DNA of 24,000 nucleotides from Bryobacter sp. (GTDB lineage Bacteria; Acidobacteriota; Terriglobia; Bryobacterales; Bryobacteraceae): NCBI GenBank assembly GCA_033765085.1, contig JANRIK010000021.1, positions 22,435 to 46,434 of the forward strand, read 5' to 3'. Shown piece by piece: positions 23,283 to 24,000 of this stretch (position 1 is its first letter; each line of letters starts with the position of its first letter). The notes under the pieces were generated by a model. It saw only the letters and a program-made list of their open reading frames with translations, ran no database searches and was not told where the DNA came from. The position numbers and the translations under genes were made by a program.

Positions 23283-24000
23283 GCGCGTTTGCGCGGCGTG
23301 GGAATCGTGTTCGAGATTTCATCGTGCCAGGTGAGCTTTTCGCGTTCCACCAGGCACCAGAGTAGGCCAACGCCCAAGCTGGCAATGGATATTACTGCGC
23401 CAATAATCCGAATGATGCGGTGCTTGACCGTGGGGCGTCTGCCCTCCACATCGACCAGGCAAAGGCCGGTCCAGCGCAGACCAGGCGTGTCGCAATTGGT
23501 GACCGCGTGCAAAAGGTAGAACAGCAGCACGAGCGAAAGCCCAAGCGCGCCGTAAAGGAAATAGTTCGCCGGTTGCCAGTGCCAGGAGGCGCCGCCGAAG
23601 TGGTGGACTGCGGCGAAAAGGGCAAAGGCAAAAAGCAGACAGAGGCCATCCAAAGCGGCGGCGTGCAGGCGGTGTAGCGGCTCGGCGACGGGGAAATTTG
23701 TGTAGCGGGAAGGTTCCTCGCGGGGCGGCTCTTTGTCCTTTGCGGGGAAGGAAAAAACTTGCTGGCCGAGTTTTGCCCCGGGAAGGATGTTTTCCGGCAG
23801 GCCCATTCGTTCGCTGGCGCGGCGGAGAGCCCTGGCACGGGCATTTTTCTCGATGACCTTTTTGCCGGCGTCGCTGGCTTGCGGCGAGACGCGGTCGAAG
23901 GGGAGCACCTTGCGGGGCTCCTGCACGGGGAAGAGCCGGCCTTGGGTGGGGACGCGCGGACGAGGTGCCGATTCGGGAGGCGCCGAGTTTTCCGGGGAAG
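23279..24000 (-). CDS. RDD-family membrane protein (5' end possibly beyond the right edge)
   Basis: RDD-domain features are HRLHAAALDGLCLLFAFALF, TPGLRWTGLCLVDVEGRRPTVKHRIIR and TWHDEISNT. The track start is GTG at 23926. However, the frame stays open, with coding-like Pro-rich sequence (..PENSAPPESAPRPRVPTQGRLFP), up to position 24000, so the true start may lie outside the window. Confidence 0.78.
   Translation of the reverse strand, partial: SPENSAPPESAPRPRVPTQGRLFPVQEPRKVLPFDRVSPQASDAGKKVIEKNARARALRRASERMGLPENILPGAKLGQQVFSFPAKDKEPPREEPSRYTNFPVAEPLHRLHAAALDGLCLLFAFALFAAVHHFGGASWHWQPANYFLYGALGLSLVLLFYLLHAVTNCDTPGLRWTGLCLVDVEGRRPTVKHRIIRIIGAVISIASLGVGLLWCLVEREKLTWHDEISNTIPTPRKRA

Noticed and set aside
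1-24000. Mobile elements, CRISPR arrays, tRNA/rRNA genes, phage or defence-system genes
   Set aside because: I looked for repeat-spacer periodicity, long inverted terminal repeats, transposase/integrase-like ORFs and tRNA-like cloverleaf regions. The only intergenic gaps over 100 bp are 1724-1910 and 7674-7885, and neither fits. Every large ORF is accounted for by metabolic, transport or hypothetical genes with host-like composition.

Overview
GC-rich bacterial chromosomal window. I saw no rRNA, tRNA, CRISPR array or transposase. The taxon cannot be fixed from sequence alone, though the gene content looks like a soil bacterium such as an acidobacterium. Left part (1-10.7 kb): a secreted metallophosphoesterase (partial, minus strand) lies divergent from an exported D-amino-acid-oxidase-family flavoprotein whose domain order looks circularly permuted. 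Next comes a minus-strand housekeeping operon: APC amino-acid permease, folD, coaE, HtrA-like protease and an orphan secreted protein. An AT-rich 212-bp spacer with an intrinsic terminator separates it from a minus-strand pair, a MATE efflux pump and a large all-alpha orphan protein. Right part (10.6-23.3 kb): about 12.6 kb of 12 co-directional, tightly packed or overlapping plus-strand genes that look like one operon built around hopanoid biosynthesis. The order is an orphan lipoprotein (Vps62/NLP-like motif), a TauE/SafE transporter, ispH, shc, hpnH, hpnA, hpnG, two paralogous Zn-dependent MDR dehydrogenases, hpnC, an AraC-HTH/O6-methylguanine methyltransferase fusion, and hpnD. An RDD-family membrane protein converges on its end. 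The most interesting hypothesis concerns the two dehydrogenases, one with an NAD-type and one with an NADP-type cofactor site, sitting directly behind hpnG. They are candidates for the genetically unassigned reduction of ribosylhopane to bacteriohopanetetrol, or for another redox edit of the hopanoid polyol side chain. Also notable: hpnE is absent, hpnC and hpnD are split by a DNA-repair/regulator gene, and the operon is led by an uncharacterised lipoprotein.
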